Shown one piece after another: positions 28,092 to 37,507 of a stretch of 64,000 bases of DNA; the first letter of the stretch is position 1; every line of letters begins with the position of its first letter. The stretch is taken from the NCBI GenBank assembly GCA_018648805.1, contig JABGQM010000005.1, forward strand, positions 49,433 through 113,432. Direction: 5' to 3'. This DNA is from Verrucomicrobiota bacterium. Lineage in GTDB: Bacteria > Verrucomicrobiota > Kiritimatiellia > UBA8416 > JABMPJ01. The notes under the pieces were generated by a model that saw nothing but the letters and a program-made list of their open reading frames with translations, made no database searches and was not told the origin of the DNA. Both the position numbers and the translations under genes were made by a program.

Positions 28092-29480
28092 CTATCGCTT
28101 AAGCTTCTGGTATTTCCGCTTCTTGAGCACCAACCGCAGCTTGATCAGTGGAATGGCCGCGCTGGAGGTCAGGAACTTGATCACGAGGAAGCGCAGTCGC
28201 GGGAAGCGGCTGAGTCCAATCAAGCCCGAGATCACACGCTCCTTAATGACATCCTTCTTCGTGTGATCAGGCGTATCACGGTCGTAGGTCGGTACGGCCC
28301 TTCCTGCCTTCTTGAGGCGCGCCACGCGTAGTGGGGCGTTGACCCCTTTGCGCCGGGTCTGGATGCGATGCGTGCGGTAACTTGGATCGTCCGAGACGCA
28401 GATCGTGGTGATCGCACCGGCCTCAACCGCATCGTCCAGCGCCTTGGCCCCGCGCTCGGTTCGTACCAGGATGCGCGAGTGGCCTTTGAACTTGTAGTTG
28501 CCCTCGCGGTCGCGTGTCCAGGCATCGCTGACCGATAGATCTGAAAACTCGCCGGAGCCATCCAGACAGGTCTGGCAGCGCGGCGGCATGTAGAGCGAGA
28601 TCAGGTAGTTGTAGGCACCATCCTTGTAGTTGGAGTAGTGCATGTCGCGGATGGTGTCGTTCTTGAGCAGGGCACGCATCTTGCCCGGCCATTCGCCACC
28701 GCGAAACTCGAAGCCGTTGATGTCATCCCGCCCCAGGTGCTTGGTCTTCAGCAGGTCGGTGACCACCTCCGGTTCGAGTGAGCCACCGCAGAAGAGACCG
28801 ATGGCCAGATGAATCTTGCCCGCCAGTTCAGGGCAGGCTTCCTGCATCAGGCGGTAGCCATGCATCTGGCAGGGCAGGGCGGCCAGAGCAAAGCGGCCCT
28901 GCTCGCGTCGCAGCAGGGCGAAGACCTCGTTGACCGGAATGATCATGTAGCGTGAGCCCTGGCTCTGCAGCAGCTCGGTGCGCGTGCGGGCAATAAAGGC
29001 TTCGCCGCGCCATGGCTGGTCCGGCTTCATACGCGTCACGATGCAGCCATCCACGACCTTGTGCTCCAGCAGATCGGCCAGCAGTCCCGTGATAATGCCG
29101 CCGCCCGCGCCGCGTGCCTGAATCTCCGGGTCGGTCGACTTGCCGACAAATGTCTCACGCACATGTCCGTCGAACGAATCGGTGTCGTGGTCATGTCCAA
29201 ACGTGATCTGGGTGAGGTGTTTGTATTCCACCGTGCCGCCCGGACAGGTCTTGGTGCACAGCCCGCAGTCGATGCACGCGTCCTCATCAATCACCGGGTA
29301 GAGATCGTCACCCATCGTGATGGCGCCCGTCGGGCAGACCCCCGCACAGGTCCCGCAGCGGGTGCAGAGGGTCTTGTCCGTGAACGCGATACTGAGATGG
29401 TCCGGGGAAATTGCCATGCGCGCAAGCAAACCCGATGCACCATACGCAGTCAAGGGGAAAGGCTCCTGTGCGTTTGCCAT
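28092..29480 (-). CDS. Coenzyme F420 hydrogenase/dehydrogenase beta-subunit (FrhB)-like protein with two N-terminal 4Fe-4S ferredoxin motifs
   Basis: CTRCGTCAGVCP and CIDCGLCTKTCP clusters precede an FrhB-like body. Start chosen at MANAQEP (ATG 29480..29478). The track's longer N-terminus is read through the upstream inverted repeat. Confidence 0.6.
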   Translation of the reverse strand: MANAQEPFPLTAYGASGLLARMAISPDHLSIAFTDKTLCTRCGTCAGVCPTGAITMGDDLYPVIDEDACIDCGLCTKTCPGGTVEYKHLTQITFGHDHDTDSFDGHVRETFVGKSTDPEIQARGAGGGIITGLLADLLEHKVVDGCIVTRMKPDQPWRGEAFIARTRTELLQSQGSRYMIIPVNEVFALLRREQGRFALAALPCQMHGYRLMQEACPELAGKIHLAIGLFCGGSLEPEVVTDLLKTKHLGRDDINGFEFRGGEWPGKMRALLKNDTIRDMHYSNYKDGAYNYLISLYMPPRCQTCLDGSGEFSDLSVSDAWTRDREGNYKFKGHSRILVRTERGAKALDDAVEAGAITTICVSDDPSYRTHRIQTRRKGVNAPLRVARLKKAGRAVPTYDRDTPDHTKKDVIKERVISGLIGLSRFPRLRFLVIKFLTSSAAIPLIKLRLVLKKRKYQKLKR

Positions 29481-29504
29481 GCTCTTTCCGACCAGGGGGA
29501 GATT

Positions 29505-29610
29505 CAACGCCCAACAACCAACGCCCAACAACCAACTTCCAAGGGAAGACGAACGTTCTGTGCCTCCCTACTTGGATGTTGGGCGTTGGATGTTGGATGT
29601 TGGAGGTTCA
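29505..29610. repeat. Long imperfect inverted repeat (predicted stem-loop) with nested small palindromes, in the divergent intergenic region
   Basis: Left arm caacgcccaacaaccaacgcccaacaaccaac contains a 15-nt direct repeat. Right arm ggatgttgggcgttggatgttggatgttgg pairs with it at ~21/23 positions. The loop contains cttcc-aag-ggaag and the perfect palindrome gaacgttc. Confidence 0.5.
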
Positions 29611-29716
29611 GTTTTCCTTACTGTTCTTCCCGCACCACGTGTGGTCTATTCCTTTTGCACACGGCGAAAATTTCTCGCAAAGCCCTCTGCTTTGCGACAG
29701 GGTAACTATCTTCAGC

Positions 29717-32254
29717 ATGAAATCTACGCCTGACAGCCTGCACTCTGACGCGACGCGCCCTGCCTCTGTGGGGTATCGGCTCAGCATGGTGCCGGGACTC
29801 CTCGGTAGCGCTTGGCTGATCGCGTGGACCTGGGCCTGGAACCAGCGTTACGAGCTGCGCACCGGATACGACAAGACCAGCGACCTGCTGGTCGCTGTGC
29901 CCACGCCGCGACTCTGGATCATCGTCATGGCGGCCCTCGGGCTGGCCGGTCTGTTGTGGCTCGTGGCGCGGCACTGGCCCATCGATACGCGTGCGCGCAC
30001 GCTGCGCCGCTGTCGCGTGGTCTTGACCGTCTTTGCGCTGCTCTCGCTTCCGTTTGGTCTGCTTTCCCGCACCCTCGCCCCCGACGGGCTCGGGCTCGGC
30101 ATGCTCTGGCATATCGGACTGCCCGTGGTGGCCCTGGCGGCACTGGTGGCGCTGGTCGCCCTGCTCCTGCCGCTGCTGGAAGGGCGGAGGGGGACGGTCC
30201 CATCCGGGCGCCACCGCTATCGTCTATGGATCTTCTTCTTTATTGCCGTGCACCTGCCCTCGCTCTGGTTTGCACGCCCCTGGGAGAGTGACCGTTTCTA
30301 TCGCCACCGCCACCTCGGTGGCGATGAGCCGCGCTACCTTCTCATGACGCATAGCCTGGCCCAGGACCGTGATTTCAATCTCCTGAACAACTACGTGGAG
30401 AATCACCGCGACCGCTACATCTGCTGGACCAATCCGTACAACGACCCCGGTGATGCCGCTTACGCTAGCCGTGCCGTGAAGTGGGGCGCCGATGCACCGC
30501 ATTCCACCCCGGAGTACTGGCAGGGGCGGCGCTACGGAATCGAGCGATTGGGGATGCCGCTGCTGATCGCCCCCGCCTACAAGATCGGACTCAAGTGTGG
30601 TCAGCGGCAGCGCTATGGCGTGGTCCTCATGTTGAACCTGGTGCTGGTCTTCAGCATGGCCAACATCTACCTCTTTGCCGCGCAACTTGGCGTCGCGCAC
30701 GGGGCCGCCCTGCTCGCCGCGCTCGGCGCCGGTCTGAGTGCCCCGCTGTGTCTCTATGGCGTGTCGGCCTACACCGAGCCGGTCAGTGCCGCCCTGATCA
30801 TCTTCTGTCTGCGCATGATCCACGCCTTCCGCGCCCGACGCCTCGAGGGGGGGATGCCGGCGCTGCTCCCGCTCCTCAGTTTTGCCGTCGGCCTGGCCTA
30901 TCTGCCCTGGGTGCATGAGAAGATGATTCCCTTGGCCCTGTTCCTCGGGCTCTGTTTCATCCTGGCCGCCCGTCCGCGCTGGCGCACCCTACTGCCCATC
31001 GCGCTCGCACTCGCGCTCAGTTTCGCGCTGCAGGGCCGCTATTACTGGCTGCTCTACGGCCAGGTCACCCCGGCGCACGTCCACGGCCACTCGTTCAGTG
31101 CCGCCGCCCTGTTCAGAGAGGGGCTCTGGGGACTGCTGCTCGACCAGAAGCGGGGCGTCATGCCGGCGGCCCCCTGGGTACTTGCCGGAGGGGTCGGTCT
31201 GGGGATCTGGTTCCGCCGTCAGTGGCGCTTTGCTGTGGCACCGGCCGTCATGGTCGTGGCCTTTCTGCTCATGACCGGGGCCTTTGGCGGCTGGTATGGC
31301 GGCGGATCGGCCCAGCCACGCTACCTGCTCAATATCTTGCCGATCCTGGCGGTTGGTGTGGCCGTGGCGTGGGCGCACGGCCGCCGCCCGTTGCGCGGGC
31401 TGATCCTGGTGACGGTTCTACTCGGCATGGCCCAGGGCATCAACGCCGTGCTGACCCCTGACTTCCTTGTCTGGCACCGCGCGCCCTTCCTGCGCGATCT
31501 CTATCCTTGTGTGTTCAAGCTCGATCCGGTGGAGTGGATGACGATCACCGCCTGGATGGTCGCCCTGCTCTGGCTGGGTGTGGGACTGCCGCAGTGGCCC
31601 CGGCGCAAGAGCCTGGCGGTGATCCCCGCCTGCTGCTGCCTCCTGATCATGGGCGGCTCTGTGTGGCGCTTCCACAAGAGTACGCGCCCCACGATTGCCG
31701 TCCAGAACCCCGCCCTTCTCTCGAGCTTCTACCGTGACGACCTCCGCTTTGCGACCTTCAACAAGCGCATCATGATGCGCCGCTGGGAACGGGCCTATTC
31801 GGCGCAGCAGACCCCCGACACGGTTATGGGGGCCCGCACCCAGTATGAGAACAAGGTGTCAGGCCACTGCAGCGTGGTTCAGGACCCCACGGCCGAGGGA
31901 GGTGCTGCAGCGCGCTGGGAGGGTGAGGCCCACAGTGACTGGCTGCCGCTTACCGTGGGTCCCATCCTCTCGCTCTATGAAGGCGACTACCGTGCCACGT
32001 TCCATCTGCAGGTGCGTGGCCGTGCGGTCGAGGAGACGCAGCCCCTCACCGTGCGGCTGGTGGTCAGTGCGGGTGGCGTCATTTTCAATAGCACCGTTCT
32101 TGAACCGAAGTCATTGACCGGCGACTGGGCCGACTATCAGCTCCCCTTTACGCTCGCCACCCCCGTGCGTGGCGTGGACATGTCGGTCCAGGTGGTGGGC
32201 GGCGGCACGTTGCAGATGGACCGTGTTCAGCTGGATTATCTTGTGCTGCCCTGA
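29717..32254 (+). CDS. Large polytopic membrane protein (putative GT-C-like) with a C-terminal beta-sandwich domain
   Basis: ATG at 29717. The track's 29411 start runs through the inverted repeat. Many TM helices across ~560 aa. C-terminal domain ...YEGDYRATFHLQVRGRAVEETQPLTVRLVVSAGG...MDRVQLDYLVLP. Confidence 0.45.
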   Translation: MKSTPDSLHSDATRPASVGYRLSMVPGLLGSAWLIAWTWAWNQRYELRTGYDKTSDLLVAVPTPRLWIIVMAALGLAGLLWLVARHWPIDTRARTLRRCRVVLTVFALLSLPFGLLSRTLAPDGLGLGMLWHIGLPVVALAALVALVALLLPLLEGRRGTVPSGRHRYRLWIFFFIAVHLPSLWFARPWESDRFYRHRHLGGDEPRYLLMTHSLAQDRDFNLLNNYVENHRDRYICWTNPYNDPGDAAYASRAVKWGADAPHSTPEYWQGRRYGIERLGMPLLIAPAYKIGLKCGQRQRYGVVLMLNLVLVFSMANIYLFAAQLGVAHGAALLAALGAGLSAPLCLYGVSAYTEPVSAALIIFCLRMIHAFRARRLEGGMPALLPLLSFAVGLAYLPWVHEKMIPLALFLGLCFILAARPRWRTLLPIALALALSFALQGRYYWLLYGQVTPAHVHGHSFSAAALFREGLWGLLLDQKRGVMPAAPWVLAGGVGLGIWFRRQWRFAVAPAVMVVAFLLMTGAFGGWYGGGSAQPRYLLNILPILAVGVAVAWAHGRRPLRGLILVTVLLGMAQGINAVLTPDFLVWHRAPFLRDLYPCVFKLDPVEWMTITAWMVALLWLGVGLPQWPRRKSLAVIPACCCLLIMGGSVWRFHKSTRPTIAVQNPALLSSFYRDDLRFATFNKRIMMRRWERAYSAQQTPDTVMGARTQYENKVSGHCSVVQDPTAEGGAAARWEGEAHSDWLPLTVGPILSLYEGDYRATFHLQVRGRAVEETQPLTVRLVVSAGGVIFNSTVLEPKSLTGDWADYQLPFTLATPVRGVDMSVQVVGGGTLQMDRVQLDYLVLP

Positions 32255-32290
32255 GTTCCGGACCTTGACTTGGCCTTGGGCTGTGACATT

Positions 32291-33187
32291 ATGGGGGTCA
32301 TGCAGACGAGGACCCACAACACGATTGACCGTGATGCGCCGCAGGAAGAGCTGCCCGTGGTAGTCTATACGCGTGACCGGTTTCAACGGCTCGGATGGCG
32401 TGTATGGAGGTTGATGTTTCATGACCTCGTGCGGTCACGCGGCCTTATCTGGCGTCTTTTTGTTCGCAGTTGGTCGGCCCAGTACCGCCAGTCCTGGATG
32501 GGGTATGTATGGGCCATCGTGCCGCCCGTAGTGGCTGCTGTGGCCTTCTCGTTTGCCGTCCGCCACAGGGTTCTACGCGTGGGACCCACGCCCATTCCCT
32601 ACGTCTGCTACGCCCTGTGGGGCATGACCGTCTGGCAGTTGTTCACCGGGATCTACAACTCATCCTCGGGTGTTCTCAAGGGTGCCAGCCAGATGATCTC
32701 ACGCATCAACTTTCCCAAGGATGCTCTCGTGTTTGCCTCTATCGGGCAGCCGCTTTTCACCTTTCTTATTCGGCTGGTTGTTGTGTTTCTGGTTTTCGGC
32801 TTTAAGGGCGTCATGCCCGGTTGGACCGCTTTGCTTGCCCCCTTTGCGTTGATTCCCCTTGTACTGATCGCTCTGGGTATGGGCATGATCATGGCCGTGG
32901 TCTCAGTGGCAGGCTCGGATATACGCCGGGCCTTCGGGGCGTTTCTTAACTTCGGTATGCTGCTGACCCCCGTGATCTATCCGCCGCCGGTCTCGTGGCC
33001 ATCCGCTGCCGTGAACGTTGTTAACCCGCTCAGTCCGGTGTTGTCGGTGTCACACAGTCTGCTGCAGGGCGCCCCCATCACAACCCCCGTACTTTACCTG
33101 GCGGCGTGGATCTTCGGGTTGCTGATGTTTGGGTGTGGCTGGCGGATCTTTCGAATGGCGCTGCCACGCATTGCGGAGAGATTCTGA
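32291..33187 (+). CDS. wzm: ABC-2 type polysaccharide exporter permease (Wzm/TagG/KpsM-like)
   Basis: VRSRGLIWRLFVRSWSAQYRQSWMGYVWAIVPPVVAAVAFSF matches the ABC-2 permease N-terminal signature. Six predicted TM helices. Sits immediately upstream of the ATPase. Confidence 0.75.
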   Translation: MGVMQTRTHNTIDRDAPQEELPVVVYTRDRFQRLGWRVWRLMFHDLVRSRGLIWRLFVRSWSAQYRQSWMGYVWAIVPPVVAAVAFSFAVRHRVLRVGPTPIPYVCYALWGMTVWQLFTGIYNSSSGVLKGASQMISRINFPKDALVFASIGQPLFTFLIRLVVVFLVFGFKGVMPGWTALLAPFALIPLVLIALGMGMIMAVVSVAGSDIRRAFGAFLNFGMLLTPVIYPPPVSWPSAAVNVVNPLSPVLSVSHSLLQGAPITTPVLYLAAWIFGLLMFGCGWRIFRMALPRIAERF

Positions 33188-33188
33188 T

Positions 33189-34388
33189 ATGCGCAACGAC
33201 GTGTTAGTTGAGGTGAACGGCATCGGCAAGAAGTTTTGTCGATCCCTCAAGCGCGCCATGTTCTATACCGGCGTTGACGTCATGTGCGGCGTGGTTAACC
33301 GCGTCCCGCGCGGCGATCGTCTGCGCAAAGAGGAGTTCTGGGCGCTCGACGATATATCCTTCGCGCTACGCCGTGGCGAATGTCTCGGGTTGGTTGGGCC
33401 CAACGGCTCGGGCAAGACCACGCTCTTGCGTATCCTGAACGGCATTATCAATCCGGACACAGGGTCGGCCACGGTGCGTGGCAGCACCGGTGCCCTGATC
33501 CATCTGGGTGCGGGATTTCACCCCACGCTCACAGGCCGTGAGAACGTCTATATCAGCGGTGCCATTCGCGGTATGTCACATCGTGAGGTAGACGCCCGGT
33601 TCGATGAGATCGTCGAGTTTGCCGGCGTCGGTGAGTTTATTGATATGCCCATACAGCACTACAGTGCCGGGATGTTCGTGCGGCTGGGATACTCCGTGGC
33701 GGCTCACATTGATCCCGATGTGTTGCTGATGGATGAAGTACTCGCCGTGGGTGATGCCGAATTCAAGTCGAAGTGCCTTGATCATCTGGCCCGTAAGATC
33801 GAGGGTGGATGCACGCCTGTTTTTGTTAGTCATTCCATGGCCAGCGTGGCTGAGATCTGTACGCGGGTGATCGTGCTCGCCAAGGGGGGCATTGTATTCG
33901 ACGGCGATGTGGATGCGGGGATTGCGGCGTACCAGGAGGAACTGTCGCGACATCGTTGGTCCGATATGGAGCATGCAGGGGGGAGCGGCCCGATTCGCGT
34001 AGAGGAGCTCCGGCTCCTGTCGCCCACGGCCACCACGGGCGTACCGATGGCGCTGGGGCTCGAGCTCTCCTCGGCTTCACCGGCCGGTCGACTACGTGTT
34101 GAGTTGGCCCTGCAGTCGGCCCGCTACGGTCCCGTGGCGGTCATGCGCTCTCACCCCGTAGATGCACCGTCACTCGGGCAGGTGCTTCCGATGCAGGTGC
34201 GCGTGGCTGAGAATCCACTCTTGCCTGGCTATTACCTGATTGTAGCACACGTGGTGGATGATGCCACCGGACGCGTTGTATCGCGGCATGCCGCCCAGCT
34301 TCCCTTCCGCGTCGCTCCGGGCGGCGACGGCTACGGTGCCTCCAAAGGGCTGTTGGATTTGGGTGAAACGTGGAGTGCGGCGGTATAG
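33189..34388 (+). CDS. wzt: ABC transporter ATP-binding protein (Wzt/TagH-like) with a C-terminal ~150-aa beta-sandwich carbohydrate-binding domain
   Basis: ATG at 33189 lies 2 nt after the wzm stop. Walker A GPNGSGKTT, signature YSAGMFVRLG, Walker B LLMDEVLAVGD. A C-terminal extension (GGSGPIRVEELRLL...FRVAPGG) has the layout of Wzt C-terminal glycan-binding domains. Confidence 0.75.
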   Translation: MRNDVLVEVNGIGKKFCRSLKRAMFYTGVDVMCGVVNRVPRGDRLRKEEFWALDDISFALRRGECLGLVGPNGSGKTTLLRILNGIINPDTGSATVRGSTGALIHLGAGFHPTLTGRENVYISGAIRGMSHREVDARFDEIVEFAGVGEFIDMPIQHYSAGMFVRLGYSVAAHIDPDVLLMDEVLAVGDAEFKSKCLDHLARKIEGGCTPVFVSHSMASVAEICTRVIVLAKGGIVFDGDVDAGIAAYQEELSRHRWSDMEHAGGSGPIRVEELRLLSPTATTGVPMALGLELSSASPAGRLRVELALQSARYGPVAVMRSHPVDAPSLGQVLPMQVRVAENPLLPGYYLIVAHVVDDATGRVVSRHAAQLPFRVAPGGDGYGASKGLLDLGETWSAAV

Positions 34389-34406
34389 TTCAAGGCGGAT
34401 GCACGA

Positions 34407-35138
34407 ATGATTCTTTCAGACCGGTTTGTCTTTATCCACTATCCAAAGACGGGTGGGTCTTTTGTGCGTTCCGTACTCAAGCGTGTGCTGGATGCGGCGA
34501 AGATAGCCTACACGGAAGGCGGGATGCATGATACCTGCGCGGATATTCCCGTGGCGTATCACGGCGTCCCCGTTGTGACATGCGTACGCAACCCGTATGA
34601 CATTCGTGTGTCAGAGTACAAGTATCGGTGGTGGGCAACGGATGCCTCCCCAGCGCTGCAAGAGCAGTTTCTCTCCTATTATGCGCACTACCCGGAGCTG
34701 TCATTTGAGGAGTATGTCCGAGCATGGCACCACTGTACGGAGATATCGGTGATCTCTGAAGGGATCAACCCCTACATGGCCAGCATGGGACAGTACAGCA
34801 AGCGCTTCATCAAGACGTTCGCCCGGGACCCTTCAGCGGTGTTCCTGGCCATGAGCAACGCGTTCATGCAGAGCGACGCGTTTCACGCGGCCTTGCATGA
34901 TGTGACCTATCTGCACACGGACTCCCTGAATGCTGATCTGTATGCGTTTCTGTGCAAGCAGGAATTCTCACGGAGGCATATCCGGTTTGTGAGAAGCGCC
35001 GCGAAGATCTTGCCGCCGGGAGGTCATCAGAGGGACGGCCAAGACCATTGGCTGAGTTACTATACGCCCGAGTTGAAGGCTGAGGTCCGGGCGCAGGAAC
35101 GACTGCTCTTTCGTATGTTTCCGCGCTATGATGTATAG
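34407..35138 (+). CDS. Sulfotransferase family protein (carbohydrate sulfotransferase-like)
   Basis: FVFIHYPKTGGSFVRSVL is a PAPS 5'-phosphosulfate-binding loop of PKTGGT type. VRNPYDIRVSEYKY is 3'-PB-like. Confidence 0.55.
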   Translation: MILSDRFVFIHYPKTGGSFVRSVLKRVLDAAKIAYTEGGMHDTCADIPVAYHGVPVVTCVRNPYDIRVSEYKYRWWATDASPALQEQFLSYYAHYPELSFEEYVRAWHHCTEISVISEGINPYMASMGQYSKRFIKTFARDPSAVFLAMSNAFMQSDAFHAALHDVTYLHTDSLNADLYAFLCKQEFSRRHIRFVRSAAKILPPGGHQRDGQDHWLSYYTPELKAEVRAQERLLFRMFPRYDV

Positions 35139-35156
35139 GTGTATCATGGGAGATGG

Positions 35157-35972
35157 ATGATGATATGTACGGATGATTTTGTGTTTGTTCACTTTCCCAA
35201 GACGGGAGGAACCTTTGTGGCCGATGTGCTGCAGCGTGTTCTGTCGCAGACGGGGCGGCGCTACGAGGAGGAGGAGATGCACGCCCGTGCTACCGGTATC
35301 CCTTCCGTGCACCAGGGCAAACCCATTCTGGCCTGTGTGCGCAGCCCTTATGACCTGAAAGTCTCTCAATACCAGTATCGCTGGTGGAAGAGTCGCGAAT
35401 CCAAACCGATCCTGAAAGAGCTTCACAAGCGCTGTCCGGGTTACCGGAACTGGACATTCGAGGAGTACGTCGTGGGGTGGGACCAGTTTGTACCGTTGGC
35501 GTTGAGCAACGCCGCGCGCAATCCGTTTACGCGGACGGTGGGTCAGTACTCTCAGAAGTTCATCGATTTTTTCTTCCGTGCGCCAGATGCATTCTTTGCT
35601 GACCTCACGGAGGAGATGCTCCTGGGGGATCTGGAGCAGGCGATGTTTCCCGTCACCTTCCTTACCACGGAGACGTTGAACGATGGTCTGTGCGATTTTC
35701 TGCTCCGCCATGGGTTCAAGGAGGAAGAGGTGGCATTCATTCGAGACGAGAAGCGGATTCTGCCGCCTGGGGCGGTACGCAGCCGGAACGATCGATGGCA
35801 ACAGCACTACACGCCCGGCCTCAAGGCATACGTCCGCCAGCAGGAGCGGTTGATGTTTAAGCTCTTCCCTGAGTTCGAAGAGCGCACCCCGTCCACGGGA
35901 TCGTCCGGTGTGTCGGATGCCCCCGAACCAACGGATGCCATGCACGGGAACCCGTCGACGGTGGCTTCGTGA
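35157..35972 (+). CDS. Sulfotransferase family protein, tandem paralog of 34407..35138
   Basis: FVFVHFPKTGGTFVADVL and VRSPYDLKVSQYQY. ATG at 35157 is preceded by GGGAGA. The track's GTG at 35139 is an alternative start. Confidence 0.55.
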   Translation: MMICTDDFVFVHFPKTGGTFVADVLQRVLSQTGRRYEEEEMHARATGIPSVHQGKPILACVRSPYDLKVSQYQYRWWKSRESKPILKELHKRCPGYRNWTFEEYVVGWDQFVPLALSNAARNPFTRTVGQYSQKFIDFFFRAPDAFFADLTEEMLLGDLEQAMFPVTFLTTETLNDGLCDFLLRHGFKEEEVAFIRDEKRILPPGAVRSRNDRWQQHYTPGLKAYVRQQERLMFKLFPEFEERTPSTGSSGVSDAPEPTDAMHGNPSTVAS

Positions 35973-37492
35973 TATGGCGCTGCATGCATCCACGGCTCGC
36001 TACCGTTCTGCTGTGCATGCTGGTTGCGGCTCTGTATGGGGCTAGCCGAGCAGGTAATCTTGACCGCCCCCTCGTGTACGAGGGGTACTCCTATCTGCAG
36101 CCGGGACTCTCCCTTTTCAATACCGGGCACTATGCCCTGGATGCCGGGGTCCTTGATCCGGATGCCAACACGTTTCACAAGCCGCCCTTAACATTTCTCC
36201 TGCTGGGAGCAAGTGCCCGGTGCCATGCCGATCCGGTCAGAGGCGCCCGGCTGGTTCCCATGCTCGTGGGGTTGTGGGTGGTCCTGGTGCCCTTGCTCGC
36301 CACCGGATCTGTCGTGCCGTCCCTGGTCATTCTCATGTCGCCATTTTTCTACGCGGCAGCAGGCCATATCCAAACCGACCCCATTGTCGGTCTTCTCGGG
36401 TGCAGCCTCGTGACATGGGGGATGTTGCGTCTGTGGGAGCGGCGTGAGGTACTGCGGCTGGATACGGCGGCCCAGTGGTTGATTGCCGTGGGTCTGTCGA
36501 CTCTCTGGCTGGGCAAGCTGGAAACAGCGGTACTGGCGTCTGCCGGGGTGGGGCTGCTCAGCCTGGCGCTCCCACGTGGCATGCGCCGCCAAAGCATTGT
36601 CCGGCTCCTCCAGGTATCACTCTGCGGCATGCTTCTCTTTATCCTGGTGACCTTTCTGTTGGGCCTGACCAACGCTAAGTTGTTTGATGAATCGGTTGGT
36701 CGTGTGGTGCGGACCCTCTATACGCAGACCGACGCGATTAGCCGTAGTAATGAGGCCGCGGGTGGTACGGTCGTGGCCCGGCATAGTATTTTCAAGATGT
36801 TCGTACGCTATCGGTTGCCGTTGCTGTTTGCTCTGGCCCTGCTGCCGGCTCTCATAAGCCTGCCGCGTCATAGGGCGCGGGTGCCGCTGACACTTTTGCT
36901 GGTGGGCGCGGCGGTCGTTCTGGCCGTACCGTATATGGTGCTGGGAATACGGGGAGAGGGGTATCCCCGCTACTTTCTGACGGCCTTCATTCCGTTGCTT
37001 CTTCTGCAAGGGAAGAGTCTGAGCGTGATGTCACGCAAGGTGCGATGGAGCATATCAGCCGTCATCCTTGTGGTGGCAGCGGTGGGCTTGCTTCCTCGCA
37101 CCTGCGCACTTATGGCCTCGCCGGGCAGTCCCACGGCCTGGTATGGAACCGTGGGCACCCGCCAGGCCGTCAACCGGCTCCAGGAGGTCACGCGCGAAGG
37201 CGACCTGGTCATGGGGCCCGGTGCGGCATTGTTTTACCTCCACAACAGGCAGAAGCTCACGCTCGAATCGTTCATCCACTCACAAGCGCGTACCTCTCAG
37301 GCAGTCGCGCTGGGGAGCCAGGTGCAGGCGGCCGTAGTCTTTCCTCGCATGGGGATTCACCATTCCCGCACACCTGTGGGGTGCGCCCTCGCATCGCTGC
37401 TGGCCCGGGATCCGGTCATCGAGAAGGTGGGGAGCTGGCGCCTGATTTATGCTCCCCGGCAGCGTATCGCCACGGGCTCAACGCTTGACTAG
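35969..37492 (+). CDS. Polytopic membrane protein, GT39/ArnT-like (putative GT-C glycosyltransferase)
   Basis: GTG at 35969 overlaps the upstream stop; ATG at 35984 (MHPRLATVLLCMLVAALYG) is an alternative start. More than 10 TM helices, with a short C-terminal soluble part. Confidence 0.45.
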   Translation: MIWRCMHPRLATVLLCMLVAALYGASRAGNLDRPLVYEGYSYLQPGLSLFNTGHYALDAGVLDPDANTFHKPPLTFLLLGASARCHADPVRGARLVPMLVGLWVVLVPLLATGSVVPSLVILMSPFFYAAAGHIQTDPIVGLLGCSLVTWGMLRLWERREVLRLDTAAQWLIAVGLSTLWLGKLETAVLASAGVGLLSLALPRGMRRQSIVRLLQVSLCGMLLFILVTFLLGLTNAKLFDESVGRVVRTLYTQTDAISRSNEAAGGTVVARHSIFKMFVRYRLPLLFALALLPALISLPRHRARVPLTLLLVGAAVVLAVPYMVLGIRGEGYPRYFLTAFIPLLLLQGKSLSVMSRKVRWSISAVILVVAAVGLLPRTCALMASPGSPTAWYGTVGTRQAVNRLQEVTREGDLVMGPGAALFYLHNRQKLTLESFIHSQARTSQAVALGSQVQAAVVFPRMGIHHSRTPVGCALASLLARDPVIEKVGSWRLIYAPRQRIATGSTLD

Positions 37493-37507
37493 TGTGCGCC
37501 CTCTGAG

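Noticed and set aside
29411-29716. Upstream extension of the 29717 gene in the ORF track (MPCAQANPMHHTQ...), and N-terminal extension of the FrhB-like gene (MLGVGCWALNLPLVGKS)
   Set aside because: Both extensions are read through the 29505-29610 inverted repeat. The same peptide MLGVGCWMLEV appears on both strands, which is an artefact of the palindrome. Internal ATGs with better context were used instead.
34968-35993. 341-aa minus-strand ORF spanning both tandem sulfotransferase genes
   Set aside because: The plus-strand ORFs carry clear PAPS-binding motifs (PKTGGS/T, RNPYD) and are paralogous to each other. The minus ORF has no recognisable features.
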